Assembly: GCA_023663205.1 (NCBI GenBank)
Contig: JAMPHX010000002.1
Coordinates: 1 to 61,405, forward strand
From: Corallococcus sp.
GTDB lineage: Bacteria; Bacillota; Clostridia; Christensenellales; CAG-314
Direction: 5' to 3'
Length of the DNA stretch: 61,405 nucleotides
In this document: positions 53,692 through 61,405 of the stretch, piece after piece
How positions within the stretch are numbered: position 1 is the stretch's first letter
Layout: each line of letters opens with the position of its first letter
Position numbers and translations under genes: made by a program
Notes under the pieces: model-generated
Databases searched by the model: none
What the model saw: the letters and a program-made list of their open reading frames with translations, nothing else
What the model was told of the DNA's origin: nothing

Positions 53692-54663
53692 TTATTTGCG
53701 CTCTACCAAATGTATGGCAAAACCTTCAATTTCCTTTTTAAGATAAACTACCGTCATATTGCCGTTTGCATCGTACTTGGCGGTTGTCATATCGGCTTCG
53801 ATACCCTTGTTGGCAAGTTGATACACTGCGCGTTCGACCGAATTGGTTGCTACCGCAATGTGCCCGTGCGCGCCTTTGAAAGGCGATTTCATACACTCAA
53901 CAAAACTTCCCGCAAATACGCTGCTGTTGCCTGTCTTCTTATCCCAACCGAACGCCTTTTCAAAGTAATCGGCGCAGTTTTCCGCACTCTTTTCGTCGGC
54001 GCAGTTGAAGCCGACGTGCGCTACCGAATAATCCAGCATTTTGTTGACTGCCTTTTCGCACAGAGAAGTGATTGCTTCCCAATTGCCTGCCTTGACATCT
54101 TTGTCGGGAACAATCCAACTTCCGCCGCAGCAGACTATTTTGCCGTTGGAAAGATATGTGTTGAGGTTGTTTTCGTTTATTCCTCCCGTAGGCATAAATC
54201 TCATCATAGAATACGGCGCGGAAACAGCCTTTATGTAAGGCAGACCGCCCGCTTGTTCGGCAGGAAAAAACTTAACGAAATCGAGTCCCAACTCCAAAGC
54301 CTGCTCAATTTGGCTACCATTGGCTACACCGGGGACAAACGGCACGCCCTTGTCCAAACAGTGCTTTACTACCGAAGGATTAAGCCCCGGCGCTACGCAG
54401 AATTTTGCGCCCGCCGCAATTGCCTTGTCGACCTGTTCGCACGTAAGCACCGTGCCGGCACCTACAAGCATATCGGGGAACGCCTTTGTCATTGCAGAAA
54501 TTACTTTGTCTGCTCCCGCGGCACGGAAAGTTACTTCCGCACAGCGTATGCCTCCCTTATACAACGCTTGGGCGAGTTTTACCGCGTCGTCGGTGTTTTC
54601 CAATTTTATTACGGGAACAATACCCGTCAACTTCAACTGTTTTACAAATTGTTCGTTGTTCAT
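53692..54663 (-). CDS. eda: KDPG/KHG aldolase fused to a C-terminal VOC/glyoxalase-like domain
   Basis: Residues 1-~210 are GIVPVIKLE...GGIRCAEVTFR...GAGTVL...FVKFFPAE...FMPTGGI, which is Eda. Residues ~215-323 are VAHVGFNCADEKSAE...GHIAVATNSVERAVYQL...IHLVERK, which looks like a beta-alpha-beta-beta-beta VOC module. Confidence 0.8.
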   Translation of the reverse strand: MNNEQFVKQLKLTGIVPVIKLENTDDAVKLAQALYKGGIRCAEVTFRAAGADKVISAMTKAFPDMLVGAGTVLTCEQVDKAIAAGAKFCVAPGLNPSVVKHCLDKGVPFVPGVANGSQIEQALELGLDFVKFFPAEQAGGLPYIKAVSAPYSMMRFMPTGGINENNLNTYLSNGKIVCCGGSWIVPDKDVKAGNWEAITSLCEKAVNKMLDYSVAHVGFNCADEKSAENCADYFEKAFGWDKKTGNSSVFAGSFVECMKSPFKGAHGHIAVATNSVERAVYQLANKGIEADMTTAKYDANGNMTVVYLKKEIEGFAIHLVERK

Positions 54664-54679
54664 TTAACGCCTCTGTTTA

Positions 54680-55432
54680 TTATTTTTCCTGTACTACTTT
54701 GTTAGTAAGCGTCGAAACGCCTTGTATGCAAACTTTTACCTTATCTCCGTCTTTAATGGGAGATACTCCCGACGGAGTACCCGTCAATATAACGTCGCCC
54801 TCGTTGAGAGTCATAACCTTGCTGATAAATGAAACCGTTTCGTAAACGCCGTTTATCATTTGACCGATATTGCCGCGCTGTTTGACCTGTCCGTTTACCG
54901 TTACGGTTATTTCCGCATCGTCGGGTTCAAACTGCGTTTCGATTTCGCTGCCGATGGGACAAAAAGTATCGAACCCTTTTGCGCGCGTCCACTGTCCGTC
55001 GCTTTTTTGAATATCTCTGTCGCTTACGTCGTTTGCGCAAGTGTAACCGAGGATATACTCCTTTGCTTTGTTCGCGCAGACGTTTTTGCAGCGCCTACCC
55101 ATAACTACGGCAAGTTCGCCTTCGTGTTCCACACGTCCGCAACCCTGCGGAAGAATTATGTTTTCTCCGTCGCCTATAACCGCGCTTGTCGGTTTCAAAA
55201 ATATCAGCGGCTGAGGTTTTGCTTCCTGTCCGAATTCCTCTGCGTGTTTTCGGTAGTTGAGCCCCAGCGCAACTATTTTGCTCGGTGTAACGGGAACAAC
55301 AAGATTGCCGAACACTTCCCTGTCCGTAGAACAAAAATCGCCGAATACGCTGCCCGATATATCAAAATATCTGTCACCGCGTTTTTCGGCGTAAACTGTG
55401 CCGGAAGCGGTTTGCAATCTGACCAATTTCAT
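54680..55432 (-). CDS. Fumarylacetoacetate hydrolase (FAH) family protein
   Basis: Motifs are ALGLNYRKHAEEFG, EGELAVVMG, ANDVSDRDIQ and TGTPSGV. Confidence 0.8.
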   Translation of the reverse strand: MKLVRLQTASGTVYAEKRGDRYFDISGSVFGDFCSTDREVFGNLVVPVTPSKIVALGLNYRKHAEEFGQEAKPQPLIFLKPTSAVIGDGENIILPQGCGRVEHEGELAVVMGRRCKNVCANKAKEYILGYTCANDVSDRDIQKSDGQWTRAKGFDTFCPIGSEIETQFEPDDAEITVTVNGQVKQRGNIGQMINGVYETVSFISKVMTLNEGDVILTGTPSGVSPIKDGDKVKVCIQGVSTLTNKVVQEK

Positions 55433-55456
55433 TTTGATTATATTAAGTTTACAAAA

Positions 55457-56212
55457 TTATCTGCCCAACCAGCCGCCGTCTACGGCAATGGTAAAGCCGT
55501 TGACGTAATCGCTTGCGGACGACGCAAGAAACACCGCCGCGCCCATGATGTCATCGGGAGTGCCCCAACGTCCGGCAGGTATGCGGTCGAGTATTGCTTC
55601 GCTCCTGTTTGCGTCCGAGCGCAATGCCTGAGTATTGTTTGTAGCCATATATCCGGGGGCTATTGCGTTGACGTTTATTCCGTATTGCGCCCACTCGTTT
55701 GCCATGGACATCGTAATGCCTTTGACAGCCGATTTGCTTGCAGTGTAACTGGGAACGCGTATTCCGCCTTGGTAGGACAGCATACTTGCAACGGAAATTA
55801 TTTTGCCGCCGCTGTTTTGTTTGATAAACTGTTTGGCAACCGCTTGCGAGAAGAAAAATACCGTCTTGGCGTTGACAGCCATTACGCTATCCCAATTAGC
55901 CTCGGAAAAATCTATGCAGTCCTCTCGCTTTATAATGCCTGCATTGTTTACCAAAATATCTATTCTGCCGTAAGTTTCAATCGTTTTATCTATAATACGC
56001 GCGATAGGTTCGTTTGTGGAAAGGTTTTCCACCATAAATGAAAAATTGTCTTTGCCGAGCATTTCCTGCGTTGCGGTACTGGGTACAACAGATACGCCCA
56101 TAACCTTTGCGCCCGCTTCGACAAATGCCTTGCAGAATCCCTGTCCGAGACCCGTATCGCTGCCTGTTACTATCGCTACTTTACCTTTTAAACTGAATTT
56201 ATCCAAAATCAT
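55457..56212 (-). CDS. kduD: 2-dehydro-3-deoxy-D-gluconate 5-dehydrogenase (SDR)
   Basis: FSLKGKVAIVTGSDTGLGQG...ILVNNAGII...SYTASKSAVKGITMSMANEWAQYGINVNAIAPGYMATNNT...YVNGFTIAVDGGWL is collinear with E. coli KduD. Confidence 0.92.
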   Translation of the reverse strand: MILDKFSLKGKVAIVTGSDTGLGQGFCKAFVEAGAKVMGVSVVPSTATQEMLGKDNFSFMVENLSTNEPIARIIDKTIETYGRIDILVNNAGIIKREDCIDFSEANWDSVMAVNAKTVFFFSQAVAKQFIKQNSGGKIISVASMLSYQGGIRVPSYTASKSAVKGITMSMANEWAQYGINVNAIAPGYMATNNTQALRSDANRSEAILDRIPAGRWGTPDDIMGAAVFLASSASDYVNGFTIAVDGGWLGR

Positions 56213-56301
56213 AAAAAAAGCCTCCGTCTCGTATCATAATACAATAAGGAGGAACAAATTTCCATTGCAAAATCAAACTGCTTTATGCACAAAACGGATT
56301 T

Positions 56302-57288
56302 TTAAAAAATACCGAGCGTACGTAAAATCAAAATTTCCGCAAAAACGGTAACAATAGAGGACAGCGTAGTCCACACTACAAGTTGACCCGCAAGTTCATA
56401 ATCTCCGTTCATTTCCCGAGCAAGAACACTGCTCATTACGGCTACGGGCGTGCCGAACAACGCAATGAATGCGGCATAATACTGTCCGCTTTCATACGGA
56501 AATATCGCCGTTGCTATAAGTAGCATTACGGCAGGCACGACAACGGTTCGCAGCACAGTGCCGAAAACTATCGGTTTCCACTGTTTCTTTACCGCGGAAA
56601 ATTGAAATTGTCCGCCCAACACTATCAAAGCAAACGGCGTTGCCACCGCTGCCAAACTTTTGATTGCCGAAAACAAAAACTCGATATCGGTAAGCCTGAA
56701 AGTTACGTTACCCGTTACAAACAACTCGCGCACTCCCACAACCGCCAAACCGGCAACCACGCCAATTATCAACGGGTTTTTTACTATACCGAGCAGTATT
56801 TTGCCGATATTTACTTTTGTTTTTTCTTCGTTGTTCCATATAGACAGCGTAATTACCGCAAGAATATTGAATGCGGGTATAGCAAAAGCCGACATCAAAC
56901 TTGCGGCGGCTGCTCCTTCCTCACCGAAAATTGCAGTTGCAAGCGGTATGCCTATTATTGCGTAATTGGAGCGGTACATTGCCTGTATAAGCACCCCGCG
57001 CTTGCCGTTTTCCTTGGTGAACAGACAGCAAACAAGTACGCCTACGGCGAAAATTCCTATTATTCCCAATACGCCGAACAGCACAAACTTCCAATCGATT
57101 GCATCAAAATTTTTTATGTTGTAGATATTGTAAAACAACAGCACGGGTAAAAACACCCTGTACACCAATTTGTTGGCAACTGCAAGAAAATCGTCGTTGA
57201 CGGCTTTTATTTTTTTGAGAATATACCCCAGCGCGGTTATAAGAACAATGGGAAGCACGGCGTTTGCGGTAAACAGAAAATCGTTCAT
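56302..57288 (-). CDS. AEC-family (auxin efflux carrier) permease
   Basis: 328 aa with ~10 TM helices. The N-terminus ANAVLPIVLITALGYILKK is typical of the family. It overlaps the GH4 stop by 4 nt. Confidence 0.75.
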   Translation of the reverse strand: MNDFLFTANAVLPIVLITALGYILKKIKAVNDDFLAVANKLVYRVFLPVLLFYNIYNIKNFDAIDWKFVLFGVLGIIGIFAVGVLVCCLFTKENGKRGVLIQAMYRSNYAIIGIPLATAIFGEEGAAAASLMSAFAIPAFNILAVITLSIWNNEEKTKVNIGKILLGIVKNPLIIGVVAGLAVVGVRELFVTGNVTFRLTDIEFLFSAIKSLAAVATPFALIVLGGQFQFSAVKKQWKPIVFGTVLRTVVVPAVMLLIATAIFPYESGQYYAAFIALFGTPVAVMSSVLAREMNGDYELAGQLVVWTTLSSIVTVFAEILILRTLGIF

Positions 57289-58688
57289 TGCGCTTTTACC
57301 TCGGATAAATCGTAAAAATCCTGCAAATACGGCTTTGTTGCAATAATCATTTCGTCAAACAGTTTTTTTGCGTCGTCCAACGTCAATGCGGAGCACAGCG
57401 GCTGATTGACAAACGCGGCAAAAATTTCTTCTAAATTTCTGTGTTTTATTCCGCTGTAACAATCGGAAATATTAAGACTGTTGCGCAGTACCAAACCGCG
57501 CACGGAAAGCGGGAGCGGTTTTGCGCAAACGGGTTTGACGCTATCGCTATCGAATACGCAGTTGGTTTCCACCACCGCGCCCAAAGGCATATCGGGCATT
57601 TGTCCGCAGTTGGGAATATTTACATTGGACACCACCTTTTTCAAGCCCAAAACGGCTTGCATAAGTTGACACGCCTCTTCGTCCGAGCGCACTATCTCAA
57701 CAGGTTTTTTGCCCTCTGCCATAGCAACGGATTCTTCGATTTTTATTTGTTGCTCCTTTTTGCGGTAAGATACGGGAGTCAAATGGTAAAGCCAATTTTC
57801 CGCATCCTCGGGACTTTTGAGATACCATTTGTTATTCAAAAACTCCACCAAGTGTCTGTCTCCTGCCGCCGCCAGCACGCCATACCTACGGAACAAATCC
57901 ATTTTTACCTTGTTGCCGTACAAAAACGGGTCAGTTCTGAAATCCGACGGGTCGCGGTCTTTGCGCTCGCAATAGCCTGTTCGGTAATATTTATCGATAA
58001 AATCGGGGAGTAATCCCAGCAAATCCACACCCTTGTAGTTGGCTTCCGTAATCCACGTAAAGTGGTTGATACCCGACGCGTCCGTATATATTTCGTGCCT
58101 GTCGGGGCGCGGAATACCCAGTTGCTCGGCGGCGACCGCACACAAAAATTCCTGCGCGTGAAAAACTTCGTGACAGCAGCCGAACGCCTTTATCTTAGGG
58201 AACACGTCGTAAAGAGTTTGCGTGCAAATTGTCATGGGATTGGTAAAGTTGATTACCCAAGCGTCGGGACAATATTCCGCAATTGCAGCGGCAAAACCTT
58301 CGTACAGCGGAACGGTACGCATTGCGCGCAGCACCCCGCCGGGTCCTACCGTATCGCCTACCGATTGGTAAATTCCGTATTTTTCCGGAAGATGTACGTC
58401 GGCTTCCATTTCGTCGAAAGTTGCCGGCAATATGGAACATACTACCACGTCCGCACCTACAAGCGCGTCTTTTAGGCTGTGCGATACCTCATATTTCCAT
58501 TTGGAAACGGTTTGCGGTAGCAGATTTATTCTGTCGCCTATTTTTTTGTTGCGTTCCGCCGCCTGTACGTCAATATCATACAGCGCTATTTCGCCGCACA
58601 GATTATCCGTCAAAGACAAATCTCCCATAAATACTCTTGCCCACTGTTTGGAACCGCCGCCTATGTATGCCAATTTTATATTTTTCAT
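57285..58688 (-). CDS. GH4 glycosidase (LplD-like alpha-galacturonidase candidate)
   Basis: The N-terminal NAD fold is KLAYIGGGSKQW. INFTNPM and GCCHEV are the GH4 Cys-His metal site. 467 aa. Confidence 0.82.
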   Translation of the reverse strand: MKNIKLAYIGGGSKQWARVFMGDLSLTDNLCGEIALYDIDVQAAERNKKIGDRINLLPQTVSKWKYEVSHSLKDALVGADVVVCSILPATFDEMEADVHLPEKYGIYQSVGDTVGPGGVLRAMRTVPLYEGFAAAIAEYCPDAWVINFTNPMTICTQTLYDVFPKIKAFGCCHEVFHAQEFLCAVAAEQLGIPRPDRHEIYTDASGINHFTWITEANYKGVDLLGLLPDFIDKYYRTGYCERKDRDPSDFRTDPFLYGNKVKMDLFRRYGVLAAAGDRHLVEFLNNKWYLKSPEDAENWLYHLTPVSYRKKEQQIKIEESVAMAEGKKPVEIVRSDEEACQLMQAVLGLKKVVSNVNIPNCGQMPDMPLGAVVETNCVFDSDSVKPVCAKPLPLSVRGLVLRNSLNISDCYSGIKHRNLEEIFAAFVNQPLCSALTLDDAKKLFDEMIIATKPYLQDFYDLSEVKAQ

Positions 58689-59037
58689 ATTTCACCTTTG
58701 CAAATAAAATTCCGACGCCGCACCGCAAAAACATACGCCGTCTGTTCGCCGACGGCAATGATACGCGCCCTTTCCTTACGCCGTCATTATACACTATTGT
58801 TCGCGTGTGTCAAACGATAACCGCAAATTTCTTTTAATATTGTTTTTGTTGCAAATAAAATCGTTAAATTTTCGATTGTATATTGACAACGGAATGTGTT
58901 TATATTAAAATTTTTTTTATTTACATTATCTTACGGAATTTGCAAAGTTGCCTCGACGCCGACAATTTGCCGTGCTGCAAAAGCGCAAACCGCAAAGCAG
59001 CGCGATAGCAGCATTTAACCATGAACGGAGGACATTT

Positions 59038-61206
59038 ATGACAAACGGATATTTGTTTGAATACGTTATCAAATACATAAACCGAAAAGAAGATACAGAC
59101 GCTGTCGGCACGGACGAGCGCTATCTGAACGCGGCGCGCGAAATGCTGAAATTTATGGACGAAATTCCGGGCGGCTTCCTTATATACCGCGCGCAAAACG
59201 ACGAGGAAATAATATATGCAAACCAAGCCTTGATAAACATTTTCGGTTGCAAGGATTTGAAGGAATTTAGAGAACATACAGGCAATTCTTTCCGCGGATT
59301 AGTGTACGACTCCGACCTCGAAGCGGTAGAAAACGCGATAAGCGAACAAATTGCGCACAATGCGGACAAACTGGACTATGTAGAATACCGCATACGCCGC
59401 AAGGACGGCGCACTGCGTTGGGTGGAAGACTACGGGCACTTTATTCACAGCGAAGCGGTAGGAGATATCTACTACGTATTTATTTCCGACGTTACTGAAC
59501 AAAAACAGCGCCGACTTGCCGAAACTGCCGCCATAGTTAACGAAAAAGAACAAAAAATCAAAAATTTGACCGAGGCCTACAACAAAGAACTCAAACTTAT
59601 CAATCAAGAGCACTTGCGCCGACTTGAAGTAATAGAAGGATTAAGCGTAAACTACGAAAGTATTTTGTACGTCGACTTAACGGAAAACAAACTTTTGCCG
59701 TACCGCGCAAGCGTCAGAATGAAAGATAACCTTGACGGAATATACCAACCGCGCGATTACCGCAAATACATTGAAAGATACGTCGATACTTGGGTATTCC
59801 CCGAGGACAGAAACTCCGTAAGAGAAAGTATCGGGGTAAAAGGTTTGACCGAAAAACTCAAAAACAACAATACATTCTTTTTGAATTACAGAGTTTTGGG
59901 CGAAAACTCCGTAACCCATATGCAACTGCGCGTAGTAAACGTGGGCGCGGGAAGCGGCGTTTCGCAAATAGTAATAGGCGCAAGAAACATCGAAGAAGAA
60001 ATTGTGCGCGACCGCAAACAAATGCAAATGTTGGAAGATGCTCTTAACGCATCCAAACGTGCAAACGTGGCCAAAAACACCTTTCTCTCCAATATGTCGC
60101 ACGATATGCGCACTCCTTTAAACGCAATTTTCGGTTACACCGCCCTTGCCAAAAACTGTGTCGACGAAGCTGCGCGCGTGTATTTGGACAAAATAGATTC
60201 TTCCGGCAAACAACTGTTGGAACTTATCGACAAAGTGCTGCAAATCGCTCAATTGGAATCGGGAGAGTTTACCATTGCCGAAACAGAATGCAGTCTTAGC
60301 CAAATTTGTCAAAACGTCAAACACTCTGTTTGGCAGGCGGCTGCCGACAAAAACGTAGATGTAATAACCGATACGGGCAATGTGCATCACGACCGTGTCA
60401 TTTGCGACGGCGACAAATTGGAACAGGTTCTTATACATATTGCCGACAATGCGGTGACTTACTCCGAATACGGCGGAAAAGTGCAAATTGCCGTCAACGA
60501 AACACAGGATTTGCACAACGGTTACTCGGTATACCGAATAGACGTTACCGATAACGGCATAGGTATCGACGGCAAATATACAGAGCACATTTTTGAACCG
60601 TTTGAACGCATAAAAAACACCACTCACAGCGGAGTGCACGGCACGGGATTGGGTCTTACCATTTCAAAACGCTTCGTCGAAGCAATGGGCGGCAAAATTT
60701 CCGTCAAAAGCCGCCTTGGCAAGGGCAGCACTTTTTCCGTGACGCTCACTTTGCCTGCGGCAAAAGTAGAAATGGATTTGACTGAAACAACGGAAAGTTT
60801 GCTAAATAAAATACGCGGCAAAAAAATTCTTGTTGTTGACGACAACGAAATAAACATGGAAATCGAAACGGAAATACTTTTGGATTTGGGATTTGACGTA
60901 GACACCGCAAACGACGGAGATATTGCGGTTGAAAAAATGCAATCCGCCGCAGCAAAAGACTATGCCGTCATTATTATGGACATACAAATGCCCCGCATGG
61001 ACGGGCGTACAGCCACACGCATGATACGCAGTTTGACGGACAAATCGGCGGCGTCCGTTCCGATAATAGCGCTTTCGGCAAATGCGTTTGAGAGCGACAA
61101 AAAACTTTCTAAGGAAAGCGGCGTAGACGAACACCTCTCAAAACCCGTTGACGTATCGCTTCTTCTCAAAACAATGTTTAACATACTGCGTTTAAAAAAC
61201 AGGTAA
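59038..61206 (+). CDS. Hybrid sensor histidine kinase/response regulator with PAS domains (start at the ATG after GGAGG; ORF open from 58948)
   Basis: The PAS region is YRIRRKDGALRWVEDYG. The H-box is FLSNMSHDMRTPLNAI. N and G boxes are DNAVTYS and DNGIGI...GTGLGLTISKRF. The receiver is ILVVDDNEINMEI...IIMDIQMPRMDG...ALSANA...KP. Confidence 0.9.
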   Translation: MTNGYLFEYVIKYINRKEDTDAVGTDERYLNAAREMLKFMDEIPGGFLIYRAQNDEEIIYANQALINIFGCKDLKEFREHTGNSFRGLVYDSDLEAVENAISEQIAHNADKLDYVEYRIRRKDGALRWVEDYGHFIHSEAVGDIYYVFISDVTEQKQRRLAETAAIVNEKEQKIKNLTEAYNKELKLINQEHLRRLEVIEGLSVNYESILYVDLTENKLLPYRASVRMKDNLDGIYQPRDYRKYIERYVDTWVFPEDRNSVRESIGVKGLTEKLKNNNTFFLNYRVLGENSVTHMQLRVVNVGAGSGVSQIVIGARNIEEEIVRDRKQMQMLEDALNASKRANVAKNTFLSNMSHDMRTPLNAIFGYTALAKNCVDEAARVYLDKIDSSGKQLLELIDKVLQIAQLESGEFTIAETECSLSQICQNVKHSVWQAAADKNVDVITDTGNVHHDRVICDGDKLEQVLIHIADNAVTYSEYGGKVQIAVNETQDLHNGYSVYRIDVTDNGIGIDGKYTEHIFEPFERIKNTTHSGVHGTGLGLTISKRFVEAMGGKISVKSRLGKGSTFSVTLTLPAAKVEMDLTETTESLLNKIRGKKILVVDDNEINMEIETEILLDLGFDVDTANDGDIAVEKMQSAAAKDYAVIIMDIQMPRMDGRTATRMIRSLTDKSAASVPIIALSANAFESDKKLSKESGVDEHLSKPVDVSLLLKTMFNILRLKNR

Positions 61207-61405
61207 ACAAATAAAAGCATATTTGCAGTATTCTGTTGCAATTTGTTTTTCGGTTGAGTGTTGTCAAACGACGCTCCGCCGAATATTAAATATATTTTTT
61301 GGTTTCCTATTCGTTCCATAGGGATAAAATCTTGTGTTTTTCAGAGATATATGGCGTAGCGCAGTCGGCTACGCCACTTTCTCTATGGGTTTTACTCGCT
61401 GTATG

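Noticed and set aside
61352-61375. The hairpin GGCGTAGC-GCAGTCG-GCTACGCC, which resembles a tRNA D-arm (GCGCAGTCGG).
   Set aside because: No acceptor stem, anticodon arm or T arm can be built around it, and the window ends 30 nt later. It is most likely a simple stem-loop.

Overview
This is a 61.4-kb chromosomal segment that looks Firmicutes/Clostridia-like. The evidence is lipobox lipoproteins, LplABCD-type and MsmX-type ABC genes, a UPF0236/ISLre2-like transposase and a Gram-positive phage replisome organizer. It uses the standard genetic code, since TGA serves as a stop. Almost every gene between 6.2 and 58.7 kb is on the minus strand.

Layout, left to right:
1. mscL, truncated by the window edge.
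2. A tRNA-fMet integration hotspot (0.8-6.0 kb). It holds a 4.7-kb island (int, cI-like, cro-like, replisome organizer) with perfect 27-bp att repeats and arm-type repeats but no virion, lysis or packaging genes. Inside it, a 41-bp inverted-repeat pair brackets the cI/cro switch. tRNA-like scars sit on both sides.
3. A trpS operon fused to a DUF5685-like gene, a J-domain gene and a membrane-protein gene.
4. A small accessory patch (9.4-13.6 kb). It holds a frameshifted ISLre2-like transposase and a DinD/Bro-N, unknown, VapD-like cassette flanked by TGCTATC heptad arrays, plus decayed RHH-like ORFs.
5. rpmE, an ABC-2 exporter and nagA.
6. An 11-kb operon joining a sugar-type ABC importer to an SNase-family lipoprotein nuclease and a 965-aa OB-fold lipoprotein. 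The latter carries a perfect 462-bp tandem duplication.
7. A large pectin/hexuronate utilisation region (29.5-58.7 kb). It contains CE4, AraC, GH105, GH28, an LplABC-like transporter with a Cys-rich binding protein, CE8 pectinesterase, uxaCAB, kduID, kdgK, an eda-VOC fusion, a FAH-family gene, an AEC permease and GH4.
8. A hybrid sensor kinase.

The most unusual items are the minimalist satellite-like island with its inverted-repeat-bracketed switch, the VapD cassette with heptad arrays, and the nuclease-linked ABC operon. All functional calls come from reading the translations and motifs by eye. No database search was run.
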